DNA from: Phoronis australis
Lineage: Eukaryota; Animalia; Phoronida
Direction: 5' to 3'
NCBI GenBank assembly: GCA_002633005.1
Contig: NMRA01000001.1
Coordinates: 252,625-316,624, forward strand
Length of the DNA stretch: 64,000 nucleotides
Below are positions 13,130-24,854 of the stretch, in pieces. Position 1 is the first letter of the stretch. Every line of letters starts with the position of its first letter. The position numbers and the translations under genes are program-made. The notes below the pieces were generated by a model. That model was not told the origin of the DNA. It saw only the letters and a list, made by a program, of their open reading frames with translations, and searched no databases.

Positions 13130-13600
13130 GTCATCATCATCACCATCGTCACCATGCGTCATCTACATGTACGCCACTATTATCTCCATCATCATCACCA
13201 TCGTCACCATGCGTCATATTCATGTACGCCACTATTATCTCCATCATCATCACCATCGTCACCATGCGTCATATTCATGTACGCCACTATTATCTCCATC
13301 ATCATCACCATCGTCACCATGCGTCATCTTCATGTACGCCACTATCTCCATCATCATCGCCATCGTCACCATGCGTCATCTTCATGTACGCCACTATTAT
13401 CTCCATCATCATCACCATCGTCACCATGCGTCATCTACATGTACGCCACTATTATCTCCATTATCATCGCCATCATCATCACCATCATTATTCTTACCAT
13501 TATCGTCCTCACTACCATCATCAGGATCACAATCATCGTCACTATCTCCAACACCATCCCAATCACCTCCAATAACACTGGTATCATCACCATTATAATC
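13130..13600. repeat. 55-bp minisatellite (~6 units) decaying into a (CAT)n-like tract, in intron 1 of the orphan gene
   Basis: Unit caccatcgtcaccatgcgtcat(c/a)t(a/t)catgtacgccactattatctccatcatcat recurs at 13141, 13196, 13251, 13306, etc. Confidence 0.9.
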
Positions 13601-14145
13601 ATATCCTTACTCCATTCATTCCCAGACTGTCTCGGATGTCTAAGACACCGTCATAGTTATCGTCTAGCCCCTCTCTGTCACAACCGCGCATACGCCGGCA
13701 CACTCAGTTTGACAAAGCAAACAAAATTCGGGAAGCGCGGCATTAGGAAAAACACGAGAAAGACCACAAGGAAACCATATCGTTGAAATTGGTGGTTACT
13801 GCATGGGCGGCGCAGCACTGAAATAAGTGGGGCTACAGCCCCGCGGCACCCTTGGTGCACGTCACCCATGCCCATGGGTGGCCCCGCACTGAAATAAGTG
13901 GGGTCTATAGCCCCCTATGGCGCGCCACCCATGTACTGGGAAAGGTGAACGCTTGTGTTCGAACAACTGAAAATTGTGGCATATGCAACCTGAAAAATCC
14001 CATCCAGACACGCCTATGTAATAGTAGCGTCTACTCAGTGTGTTCCTCTGTGCCATATGATGCACGTGTGCTCATTCAAAGTTTTAGAACAACAGCATAC
14101 AATACGTGAAAAAAATGCAATTTCGAACACATTTTTCCCTTTCAG

Positions 14146-14301
14146 CTGATCAAGCGAGGAGGTACATTTGTTTGGAAGTCAAGAAATGCAGAAAACTTTC
14201 GATTTCCATCGTTACCTAACCAACACGACGAGAACACGAGGAGTTCGACTCGAAGAGACGCTGACATGAGAAAATCATTACCTCTTATAACCGGGAGCAA
14301 G
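14146..14301 (+). CDS. Orphan gene exon 2 (LIKRGGTFVWKSRNAENFRFPSLP...LPLITGSK)
   Basis: Acceptor tttttccctttcag|CTG; 156 nt open; donor AAG|gtatga; phase 0/0. Confidence 0.7.
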
Positions 14302-14939
14302 GTATGAATGTAGTTGCGTATGCATGTAATTATCTTCATTTTGTTATGAATAGTTGTATATTCAACTCAAATTATATGCCACAAATTTTCGAAACACAAA
14401 CATGCGGTAATTTTTAATCCATCGTTTGTTGCAATGAGTGTTTGATTTAAAACAGTAGTAACAAAACGGCAAAACATCCATAATTCACTCACGATATCAT
14501 GTGATAATAAATGACCTTACTAAAATTTTATTTACAAAACTTTATTTCTCCAATCCTTTAAATTAAAGCCGATAAGAACTTGGTCCAAACGTGTTCAATA
14601 CTGAAGTACCCGCTGTAAGAGGACTTTTCTGGGTTTTTGAACACCTGACGTCATTATTGTAAGCGGCCAGTCTGAAGAAGCTGGCTTGGTTTAGATATGT
14701 GTCAAGAAGACATATAATCTCACGGTAACTAACGAGATGTCTCACGTTAGCGAACGAGATGTCTCACGATAACTAACGAGATATCAGTCAATTCCAAACC
14801 CACAAATCATTTCTCAACAGAATGAAAAAAACCTGAGACCAGTTTATAGAATGCGTTCTGCCAATCTTAGTTCATCTAAGGTCAAAAGGCGGCGCCTGTT
14901 GTGCTATCACTTTTGTTCATAGATTTATTTTCTTTTCAG

Positions 14940-15350
14940 GGTCGGTTATACAAAACCCAATTAGGAATAAGTCAGCCTAACTTATCAGGATTACCAAAAA
15001 ACTGGAACCGTGCTCAGTTCAAATACGAGAAAATCGCATATGGGGCTACGGCGCCTGGCGAGAAAATTAATTACAATGTGCTGCCACCTATCCACCAACA
15101 GCAATTGAGACCTCCAGTCCGGCACGAGCAAAAGCAAACAGTCAAGCAGTTCAAAAATATAACGGGAAACAACGCTAAATGGAAAGAAGGCTGTCTTTGC
15201 TTGCGTTGTAAGATGATGAAAGAACACTGGGAAATGGGAAATGTTTCTGACTTTGAAAACTGGGGAAAATATCCGTGTGTCCCTGATCACGTGATCAATC
15301 ACGAATCTCCGACGACTGCTGGTGCAGTTCCGCCGAATGCAGGAGTATAA
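14940..15350 (+). CDS. Orphan gene exon 3, terminal (GRLYKTQ...GCLCLRCKMMKEHW...WGKYPC...GV*)
   Basis: Acceptor ttttcttttcag|GGT in frame with the ORF at 14901-15350; stop TAA; AATAAA at 15998. Confidence 0.75.
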   Translation, partial: GRLYKTQLGISQPNLSGLPKNWNRAQFKYEKIAYGATAPGEKINYNVLPPIHQQQLRPPVRHEQKQTVKQFKNITGNNAKWKEGCLCLRCKMMKEHWEMGNVSDFENWGKYPCVPDHVINHESPTTAGAVPPNAGV

Positions 15351-18300
15351 GATGTACCACGCCGTGCCGAGAGAACGTGACTAAATACGATGGCTTTGTT
15401 TCGTGGATGAGTTTTACTGAATTTCAGTGACTATAACTTGTTTCACTTCCGGCCGCCAAGTAATTCTCACTTGGTGCCAGTCTTAGACTTCACATAACAA
15501 ACTTCTAAAGAAAAAGACGTCAGTAGTGTAGTGGCACAGTGACTACTTTGTGCCCCGGATGTACGCTCGTATTTAGAAGGAAGTGTCTGTATTTCCAGAC
15601 GAAATGTGTCGGCTGGGTCAAAGTTGAGTTAAATTCAAAATTATTTTATTGACTGAAGTTTCACGTCTCCCTTATAACATGTTGACTTTAATTCAATTAC
15701 GGGGGTGTACTGAATTATTTGTGGCAATGGTGCACCTGGAAAATTAGAGTACCCACCTATTAAAGGAGTGGACTCGAAAGGGGGAGCAGGGTCACTGAGG
15801 AAGTTCCATGACAAAAAACGTATTTCGTGAGGTTTTGTCTGTTCCCAGGGCCAGGGGTTAATTCCATAAAACTAAGTCTTTGTGGGGATTCTTAGACAAC
15901 AAAATGTTAATCCTTTAGGCCCGTAACTGCAGAGGAAGAGATCGATGCCTCGGATTAAAAGCAGCTAGTTCATTCTTGTGCAACAAAGATTTAGAACAAT
16001 AAATATTGAAATTCCGTGTGTGGCTCTTTTCAGTTGGAGAACATATAGTGGAGTGTCAAATCCTCAATGAACATTTTTGTTAATTTTTTTTGGAAAATCC
16101 AACGTTTCGTGGGGAATTTTGTCAAAAAATACATCTTTCGTGGGGACAACTCGCGTGACTCAAAAACCCTCCGAGTCATTTCGAGCGAAACGCCCCCGTT
16201 TACCTCATGATCTATGGAAGTCAATCTAACATTACCCGTTAGATTTAAAATGAAACCTACGAAGAATGCAGACAACACAATGCAATCCCATTTTGCTCGT
16301 GCCTTATGCGAAGTGACACTTTAGTTTCCACTAACGTCCAATCATGGCTGAGGTTTTCAGTTGGCTACTATACAGCGATATGCTGTTCCTGCGATATACC
16401 GTCAGTGGGAAGGTGTACCGCTTAGTTGATTGATTTGAGTTCGTAATGTTTTCGACTTCGAACAATGTTGGGTTTTGACCTAAGCTGCGCTAAAGTTTCC
16501 GTGAAGCACGTACGGTAAAGTTTACAATAGAAGCCTGGATTGTAATACGAAAGCTTCCTTTACGTCGTACCAGGAAGAGATAACCATCTCTTCCAGGTCG
16601 TACTGAGAAACAGGAGTTTATAGGTACCCTGGATGAAATTAGTAACAAATATAGGCCTATAGCAGCCGGGTACAATTGTAACGTGACACATACGAACTCT
16701 ATCTGGTGGATTGGCAACTAAACAGGTGATATTTTCTGTTTGTCATCGTAGATTTGACCTGATAATAAACGCTAAGTCTCAAATAAGCCTCATAGCTAGT
16801 AGTCTATAGGGATCGGGTAAAGGGCACGAAAGAGGCAAAGCGTGAACGCCTCTTCTTTTAATAGAAACTTAACCGCCGCTATTAAGGACCGTGTGCGGTG
16901 AAAGACATCAGCAAAAACTTTGTTTCAAAGAATTCGGATAGTATACGTCATGAGGTGTTCATAAGTGATAAGCAATGTCCAAAAGCGCCTAGGCCGTGTT
17001 GATCGGGTAACGTGAACAATACTGTTCAATCACTTTATGAACTCGATCATCAGCTCACTTCGTATTTAACACGGCGTTTTGCCGTGTCCTCGGTGTGGCA
17101 CTTCAATGACGTTCGGTAAAGCTTGGGACGGTACAGAAACATTGGAATTCAAAGGCTTTGGTGCTTATTACTGATATCTGTAAAGCATCAAGAATATCAC
17201 TTTTAGTACAATCGACACAATGTTTCATTTAAGAACTTTATGTATATTACATGTATGTTGAATAAAAGTACGAGTCTTTGAAGTGAGCGGTACAAAAATG
17301 TCTGTTGCTTCAAACCGGGCGAATACTGTCGTTGTCACAAACTGATATAACGTACTACTAATAGAACACACTAATTGTCGTGTTTTCATTTGCGCAAACA
17401 CAATTGGTATACGTGAACAGGATGTGCAGAGCTGCACGAAAATAACGTTCATTTCTGTAACCGAATACCTGAAATCACGAAATTACGGTTGCGCACCTTT
17501 TGTGCTCTTTAACTGACGCAACCGGTGGCTTTCAGTCAATTCACTGATTATTTCCAACGGTTATGGAAGGTTTATGTTCCATAAAATCATTGTACTAGCA
17601 TGGTGGGGTTTCAGAACATCTTCTTTGTGTGAAAAGTACGTTATACGGAAATTGACGAATGAGTGCTGCTGGCAACGGAAGACATCGTGAGAGTGACGGA
17701 GAGACAGCTGGGGATCGGGGGACTCGAACGAGCCCCCCCNAAAAAAGGACCGCCACAAAGCCTGGAAACAAAAATTTCCCTGAAAAACGAGACAAAGTCC
17801 ATCAAAAAGGCTCAGACGTACAGTTCACAGTCACGGTTCTGAAGGTGGTACCCCGTTTTTTGTCCTACCGCCTTTTTGTCTGGAAAAGGTCAACATCGTC
17901 AGAAATTCGAGCCCCCATATCAAAGGCTGGGTGCGCGCATGCAGTGCAGAATAGATAGAAAGATAAAGATCATTTAAACATTATGGAACGTTGAGGGAGA
18001 GGCTCCTCTCAAACATGTTCAAGTAACTATAAATCATACAATATTACAATGGAATTTTACGATTAATTTAGATATTGAATATTACAGTTAATTTGAATAT
18101 GTACACAATCAAAATGTTACACAATTAAATTAAGTTAAATTAAATTAATATCAAACTAATATTAAAATAAGTAAAAAATACTAGTGGAATTTCATATACT
18201 GGAAATGAGGGGACACAATGAAATACAATTTTGAATGGTGACTGGTAAAGAATTCCATACAGATTGACCTCTATATTTAAATTATTTTTGACTAGTTCTA

Positions 18301-18399
18301 GTTTTAATAATAGGTAAGTAGTAGATCTCAAGGGTTGCTGCACGGGTGGTCCTTAAATGGACATCCGAGGCAAGTCTGAAACTATTGGCTGTAGTATGT

Positions 18400-18708
18400 T
18401 TAGTATTATAGTTTAGCACCAAAGCAAGGCGACGCAGCCGTCGCGACAGCCCTGGCCTGATGCACAACGAGCTGTGAATTGTGCGTTTGAGCTTTTTTAG
18501 TGGACTTTTGACTCGTTTTTTGGACTTTTTGTTTCTCTGAGACGGACGTTTTTGCCCACTTCGCCAAATGGAGGGGCTCCTTCGAGCCCTCTTCCCCCCC
18601 CCCCCTGGGTGCGAGCATGCAACTTATAGTCAAAACGACACGGCAGTAAATCTGTATTGTGAAGTTTTGAGATCCGAGATCGCAGACGAGTTCTATACAT
18701 TAAGCACA
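18400..18708. repeat. Dispersed repeat, second copy at ~22853-23257
   Basis: tttagtattatagtttagcacc...gatgcacaacgagctgtg...ttctatacattaagcacagt is shared between the two sites. Confidence 0.8.
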
Positions 18709-19069
18709 GTCAGGGCAAAGGTTGTACAGTAACAATGATTTGAATAATGTATTTTTATTTCTAAATAAAGATTCCCCTAACATGTGACCATAGCATATAA
18801 AATCGAGTAGATGTTTCACAACAGCTTTCTGTCAGCAAACACTGAATTAGCATGCGCTCACACGGCATCGGTGCCCGGTCACCTTTGTTGACGGCATCAA
18901 AAGCCGGTAGTGCAGTTGTTTTTTCATTTCTGGCTTCTCAACATTTGCACTCACGAATAAAGCAAAGGCATCACAAATTGTATCTAATGAGTTTTGTTTC
19001 AGTTTCATATAAGCATTGGTTAATAGGATGAGAATAATTCATTTTGACAGAACTTAGAATCATAAACGT

Positions 19070-20437
19070 CTACATGGCAACTCGTCCGGCGCTAATCCGA
19101 CGAAGACTTCACGAGTCGGATCGTTAGATTTCACAGGCTATCACTTCGAACAGGAATACACTGATCAAAAAATACTAGAGAGGCGCCGTGAACATGCACT
19201 GGCAACGGACCGTATCGTCCGGTTACCTATTGTCGTCAGGCTCCAAAGGTCGTCCGCCATCTTGTTTCGCGTGCAGCGCAACCACGCGGGACTTAGCGTT
19301 CCAATTTGGAGTGCTCGTCTGCACGTTAGGTACTAACTTATCGGAAGAGACACGTATCAAAGTAATGAGACAAAAATCGGTGAGTTTACCGATTGTTTTT
19401 TAAAACCACTTAAAAATCAGTAGATTTTACTAATACACTTTTTTGTGCGTTTTCAGAAGATGTTTTCGAATTTAAATTTTCTTCCGACGGGACACAAAAC
19501 ATGATCCAGGGTTTGTTTATGCAATGTATCTGTTTGTCCCAGGCACTAGTAGGATCTAGAAGGCCAAAGGAAAAATCCGCAGACAAATGCGATACGCTGG
19601 GTTCTTAACAATTTTGCCTCACGCATTCACCATTAAACTGCATTGAAATGTTGTCCAATTGGCTTTTATTGGAAACCACAGTGCAGAGCTCAACATCAAA
19701 GCTTCAAATCGAGTTTATGTCAATAAAAACAGGCTGTTGCAATTTTCATTACTTCGTTGGCCTTTTTCTGCATGTTTCTCAGTTTTTACAAAAGGGGGCA
19801 GCATATGACGAACTTAGGTGTCACAATAAAATGGCTGCCGAAGGCAGTGCACATTTGAAATAACTCGGCACAAATTAAAGAAAACTTCCGAATCGATGAA
19901 TGCGGTATATCTGTGAGAGTTAAATCGAATCCTATTCAGATCATAACTTTGAAGTGGAATAATTCGGTGAGTACAACAGCAAGTCGGTTTTATGCTTAGG
20001 CGGACGAACATTGGGTTCCCCAGTATATAGATAGTTCTTTGGTAAGCCGGAATTCGTCAGAGATATCACTGTCGACGAAATGCCGGCCACGGACACGGAG
20101 ATGTTTCACGGCTTCATACTTGCTTTTAACAACGTACCTTTCATTATTTACTACCGCGAGCCACTTCCTAAGCATTTCAGGCTCTCGAGGATGTCGCAAA
20201 AACGATATACCTACTTTCTTCGCAACTTCATAGTTCGGACAAACGGGAACGATGCAACGCAATATAGTGGCATTCACTCTGCAGACGAACGACTGACGTC
20301 ACTGCGTCGTTTCTCACCTTCCTCACAGGTTAACGCGACACCTCTCGGCAAGGTGAGGTCGACCGAATAAGAGGCGATGTGGATATTGACCAATTAAGAC
20401 AGTAAAAAAGACGAACGAAATCGGGTGGCATTCTCCT
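19070..20437. mobile_element. Kolobok-like DNA transposon relic: THAP-domain remnant (-) converging on a KolX/P2X7-tail-like N-terminal remnant (+)
   Basis: ORF 19996-20277(-) reads RCIVPVC...SFLRHP...LRKW...LRVRGRHF, a THAP fold with the third Cys replaced by Arg. Plus strand ~19124-19215 reads GYHFEQEYTDQKILERR. The right end is ...ctcct|ttaa (TTAA at 20438-20441). The left end is not found. Confidence 0.6.
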
Positions 20438-21646
20438 TTAAAACAAAGGCAGACTTTAACTATTTTCACAGGCGTTGTTACTGCTATTCATGAAGCAGGA
20501 GGCATTGTCTTTGTTATTGTTTGAAATAACGGTTGTTGGCATACTTACATGTACTCTTTCAGTTCTTTCTCATTAATAGTAGGCCTATAGAAAGTCATTT
20601 GTTTTCGAATCACAGTACATAATTTTTGCGATCAGTTGGACTTAAATTGCGGCAGCATTAAGTTAGTTTACATTTTTATTTACCTAAACCTCATTCAAGA
20701 ATGAATGGACTCACCGGAGACAGCCCAAGAGTTATTATATCTGCGGCGAAGGATGTTAAACTTGTGTTGAGTTGCCAGCAGTCACTGGTACATGTACGGT
20801 GCGCGGCTTTAGACGCTCTCTGCGGCTGGGTTTAAGATCTTTTATAGGCCTAACTATACTTTAAAAAAATTCAAGTCGATATAACTTGATATTACTCGTG
20901 ATATTCCAGCGATTTCCGTAAAAATGTATCAGAATTCTGACACATATCATTTCCCATAATCAAGCTTCAAGTGGCTAAACAGATCAGCGCCATCTTGAAG
21001 CTTAGGGACGAGGCTGAAAAAGCCCAACCCACGACACACTGATTAATCGCCGGGAGTTTAAAGACAGGTGTTCATTCACCCAATTTTAGCTTGAAACTCT
21101 TATACGACAAATTGTCAGTTTATACAGAGAACGTCCAATTTTGAGTCCGTTCGGCTCAAAAGAAGGGTGAAAACGACAGTCGGACTTTTCAGTACTACTT
21201 TGCTGTAAACGATTTCTTATACGAATTTGTACACGGCAGGACATNGTTCGGCTCAAAAGAAGGGCGAAAACGACAGTCGGACTTTTCAGTACTACTTTGC
21301 TGTAAACGATTTCTTATACGAAGTTGTACACGGCAGGACATTTAAAGGAGACTTGAACTACATGTTTCAGCAGTCAGCATAAATTTGGAAAGTATAAAAA
21401 ATCTTTATTGCCCTTCACATCTTCTGAAATAGAACACAGTATTTTTCTTCTTTACTTCGAAAAATAAAAACTTATTAGTTCCGTAAAGCCCCAGTGCGAG
21501 CTCTGTTTTCGTAACGTCACTGAGGCTGTACGGCACAAAGAGACATAGGTCATTCGGTTGATCGTGCAAGAACATATTCCAGTCCATAGATCAACCCGTG
21601 CACACACACAACCTTTTTGTTTTTCTTCACTGTGACGTTGGTTCAC

Positions 21647-22212
21647 CCCGGGGTCTAGCCAGAAAGCTAGCTTATGTATTAAAACAGACAGTCAGCTAGC
21701 TGTATGAATATTATCGTCAAAATACAGCTAGGTACCACTGTGATGACTGAAGAATCGGCGAAAAGAGAAATTGGCCAATAGATGACGCGATGTTTCATAC
21801 GGCGCCGAAAGCCGTCGCTAAAGATCGCTCAACAACTTTAGCAGCAGAATAACGGTAGAACGCCATTTTTCCAACANCAAAATACAGCTAGGTACCACTG
21901 TGATGACTGAAGAATCGGCGAAAAGAGAAATTGGCCAATAGATGACGCGATGTTTCATATGGCGCCGAAAGCCGTCGCTAAAGATCGCTCAACAACTTTA
22001 GCAGCAGAATAACGGTAGAACGCCATTTTTCCAACACCGTTAAAAATTTAGTAGTTACTCAAGGAAGACTGTAGTTTTTAATGACACTAATTTTGTGTCG
22101 GATTTTATCTTACCACTTTTTTACCCACATCGGCGCAAAGCTGTATATTTAGTAAACAGCTTTGTACCAAGGCTAGGATTCAGCCACTGCCCCTAAATTT
22201 CATACATCCCGG
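21647..22212. repeat. Dispersed repeat family (cagctagctgtat...cagctttgtaccaagg); fragments also at 22750-22850, 23500-23640 and 27380-27480
   Basis: Shared motifs are visible at four sites; includes an N-separated 160-bp duplication at 21877. Confidence 0.6.
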
Positions 22213-23645
22213 GTAGTTCTGCTTGTCGTGAAACTCATAACAACATGTTGAGCTATAAACCGGCAGGGGTGTATGCAAATCTGACTTTCAACTAACACTC
22301 ACCTTGCCCGATGGAGCCGTTTAAGTGAAATACAATATAATAATAGTCATTTTTGCATATAATACTCCGCCTTTTGTAACAAAGAAAAGTCAGTCGTCGC
22401 TTTGAAAACAATACGCTCGTGACACTCTCACGCACCATTTCCTAAAAATTTGCGGCATTTCTAGGGAGATGATGACAGCTTCGTAGGAACAAAATCTCAT
22501 CTGGTTTTGAACTAATAAAAACTTGAAACAAAATGAAACTAGTTCCGATAATTTGTTGTGACATGTACGCAACATCGTGGAAGAGGAGAACAGTTCGATC
22601 GCTTTCTGTACTTGAAAGAACGCAGGGAACGAAACTGACCAATGAGGCAAAAGGTGGCGCTGAAATCTGATCCAAAAGTGCACACCCTGAATTTAGCAAC
22701 TTGAGTGTGAACGGTAGGAATGCCAATTTCTTTCAAAACCGGTAAATAATTTACTTAGTACTCAAGGAAGAGTGTAGTTTTTAATGGCACCAATTTTGTG
22801 TCATATTTTATTCGATCAGTTTCTACCCACGTCGCCGCAACATCTGTAGTAGGTTTAGTATTATAGTTTAGCACCGACCGGGCAACTGATGGCAACGCAG
22901 CCGGGGCGCCAGCCCTGGCCTGATGCACAACGAGCTGTGAGTTGTGCGTTTGAGCTTTTTAGTAGACTTTTGTCTAGTTTTTTGAACTTTTTGTTTCTCT
23001 GGGACGGACGTTTTTGCCCACTTCGCCAAATGGAGGGGCTCCTTCGAGCCGTCATCTCCCCCCTGGGTGCGAGCATAAAACGACGCCGCAGTAAATCTGT
23101 ATTGTGAACTTTCGAGATCCGAGATCGCAGACGAGTTCTATACATTAAGCNCTGGGTGCGAGCATGCAACTTATAGTCAAAACGACGCCGCAGTAAATCT
23201 GTATTGTGAACTTTCGAGATCCGAGATCGCAGACGAGTTCTATACATTAAGCACAGTTCTGTAGTCGAGAGCCCTTCACCTAATGAGCTATATGCATACC
23301 GACGGTAGAGCCTTGTTGACGTCAGGCGCGCGTTAGCCAATAGGAATTAACATTGGAAAAGACTTTTTACAAAAATACGAAAGAATAACAAAGATGTGAT
23401 TTCTGATAATATGGAGACTTTATTCATAAACTAAATTACATTAAAAGTCATGAGTCTGTACTTCAGGAACCTTTGTTAAAAGCATGGTCTGATCAATGTT
23501 TTACGGTGACTTAGGTGTAAGGCTTAGCCTACTCTAGTCAGCCAGCTAGCTGTATCAAGACTATTTATATACAGCTTTGTACCAAGGTTAAGCCTACTCA
23601 TGCAGCTATAAGGGGTTTTGCATTTACCTTGGCGATAATTGTCTC

Positions 23646-24854
23646 TTAGTAACGCAAGTATGGAAATATTGCAAAAACAAAGGTTACAGTAGTAAGACAG
23701 AGGGTAGGTGATGACAACATGACTGTCGAGCCTTCACCTCCATCAGGGATCTTCATCCTTGGTTTTCCGGAGCCGGCCTTCGCAGAAGTTGTTGAGACTA
23801 TTCCAGTCTTTGCTTCAGTCGATTCCGCTCTGGACGTTTTACCTGTTACAACTTGGCCGGTAGCAGCAGTGAAAGTTGTGGACCTTTGGGATGCTTGTGT
23901 AGCGGATCTAGTATTGGGCGCTGACGTTTGTGGTGATGCCGCCGCGACTACAGATTGGACGGTAGCTGCCATATTTGAAGTGTGGGAAGCTGGGGTGGGT
24001 GTAGAAGATTGGTTTTGTTTGGTTCCTGTAGCCATTGAAGTTTGTAAAGCAGCGGTTGACGGCTTTGGACTGCAAGACGGAACAGGTGGATCGAACTTGC
24101 CATCGGATTTACACGAACTCGTAACAGATGACATCTTTCCGTTCCCCAACTGAAATCCTTCCTTGCAAGAAAACACGACACCCTCCATTCGAGAAACCGT
24201 TGGATATCCCAACGAGTCAGTGACTAAGGGCGAGTTAGTAACGTTGGGTACAGTGCATTGCACTACATACTCATTCGAAGTACGAAATTGAAAAGTCGCC
24301 TTAATACTAGCTCTTGTAAAGTTTTTGGAATCCATGAATGATTTTACATCGAAGCCAACTCTTTGAATACGCCGAACACTAACAACTTGCCGCCGTTCTT
24401 GCTGAAAGATAAAAAACTGATATCTGTGGATGGCATCATTTCTAAATCCGTCAGGGCGAAGATTTGGGCTCTCATAAAAGTCCATATCATTGCCGCCATT
24501 ATCTTTGACACTGCTGTCTGTCAGAGTAGATCCGTTAACGTTCCAAAGTGTCCAATGAAGCCGGTACCTGTTCGTTGGATTGTATGACGAGGGTGCGTCG
24601 GGGTCTACCATAAGAATCGCATACAGGTTCTCGCGATTAGCGTTTTTCCACCTTACTTTGGGTTCAGAACCAACCTTTTGGAATGGATGAATGTACTCGT
24701 TACATTTCGGAGCATAGGAGCCATAGGAAACTTGCAGAGTGGACGATGAGTCGATGCAAAATGAGTGTTCGTATTCATCAACTGTTTCTATCTGCACAAA
24801 AACATTAAAAAACACTGAGACTGTGATTAAACAAAGTGCCGATACCATGGGCAT
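23646..24854 (-). CDS. Secreted/GPI-type PEBP (PEBP4-like) + Sushi/CCP + mucin-stalk protein, 402 aa, uninterrupted ORF
   Basis: Hydrophobic N-terminal signal; PEBP motifs LMVDPDAP, LHW, IHRYQFFIFQQ and R.GFDV..F; Sushi Cys200/230/248/261 (FSCKEGFQL...SC..DGKFDPPVPSC); S/T/A-rich aa ~265-365; C-terminal small residues followed by a hydrophobic tail; AATAAA on - at 23419-23424. Confidence 0.9.
   Translation of the reverse strand: MPMVSALCLITVSVFFNVFVQIETVDEYEHSFCIDSSSTLQVSYGSYAPKCNEYIHPFQKVGSEPKVRWKNANRENLYAILMVDPDAPSSYNPTNRYRLHWTLWNVNGSTLTDSSVKDNGGNDMDFYESPNLRPDGFRNDAIHRYQFFIFQQERRQVVSVRRIQRVGFDVKSFMDSKNFTRASIKATFQFRTSNEYVVQCTVPNVTNSPLVTDSLGYPTVSRMEGVVFSCKEGFQLGNGKMSSVTSSCKSDGKFDPPVPSCSPKPSTAALQTSMATGTKQNQSSTPTPASHTSNMAATVQSVVAAASPQTSAPNTRSATQASQRSTTFTAATGQVVTGKTSRAESTEAKTGIVSTTSAKAGSGKPRMKIPDGGEGSTVMLSSPTLCLTTVTFVFAIFPYLRY

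Noticed and set aside
13130-13470. CRISPR-like regular repeats
   Set aside because: The units are head-to-tail with no unique spacers, the context is eukaryotic and there are no cas genes. The same applies to the 24-bp array at 52519.
13003-13786. Three overlapping His/Ser/Ile-rich ORFs, with all + frames open
   Set aside because: A by-product of a stop-free 55-bp minisatellite (not a multiple of 3, so the frames rotate) and a (CAT)n tract inside an intron.
19996-20277. Functional host THAP transcription factor
   Set aside because: A Zn-ligand Cys is mutated, there are no downstream domains, and it lies in a transposon-like context.
23719-24153. 144-aa + strand ORF
   Set aside because: Antisense shadow of the Ser/Thr/Ala stalk of the PEBP-Sushi gene.
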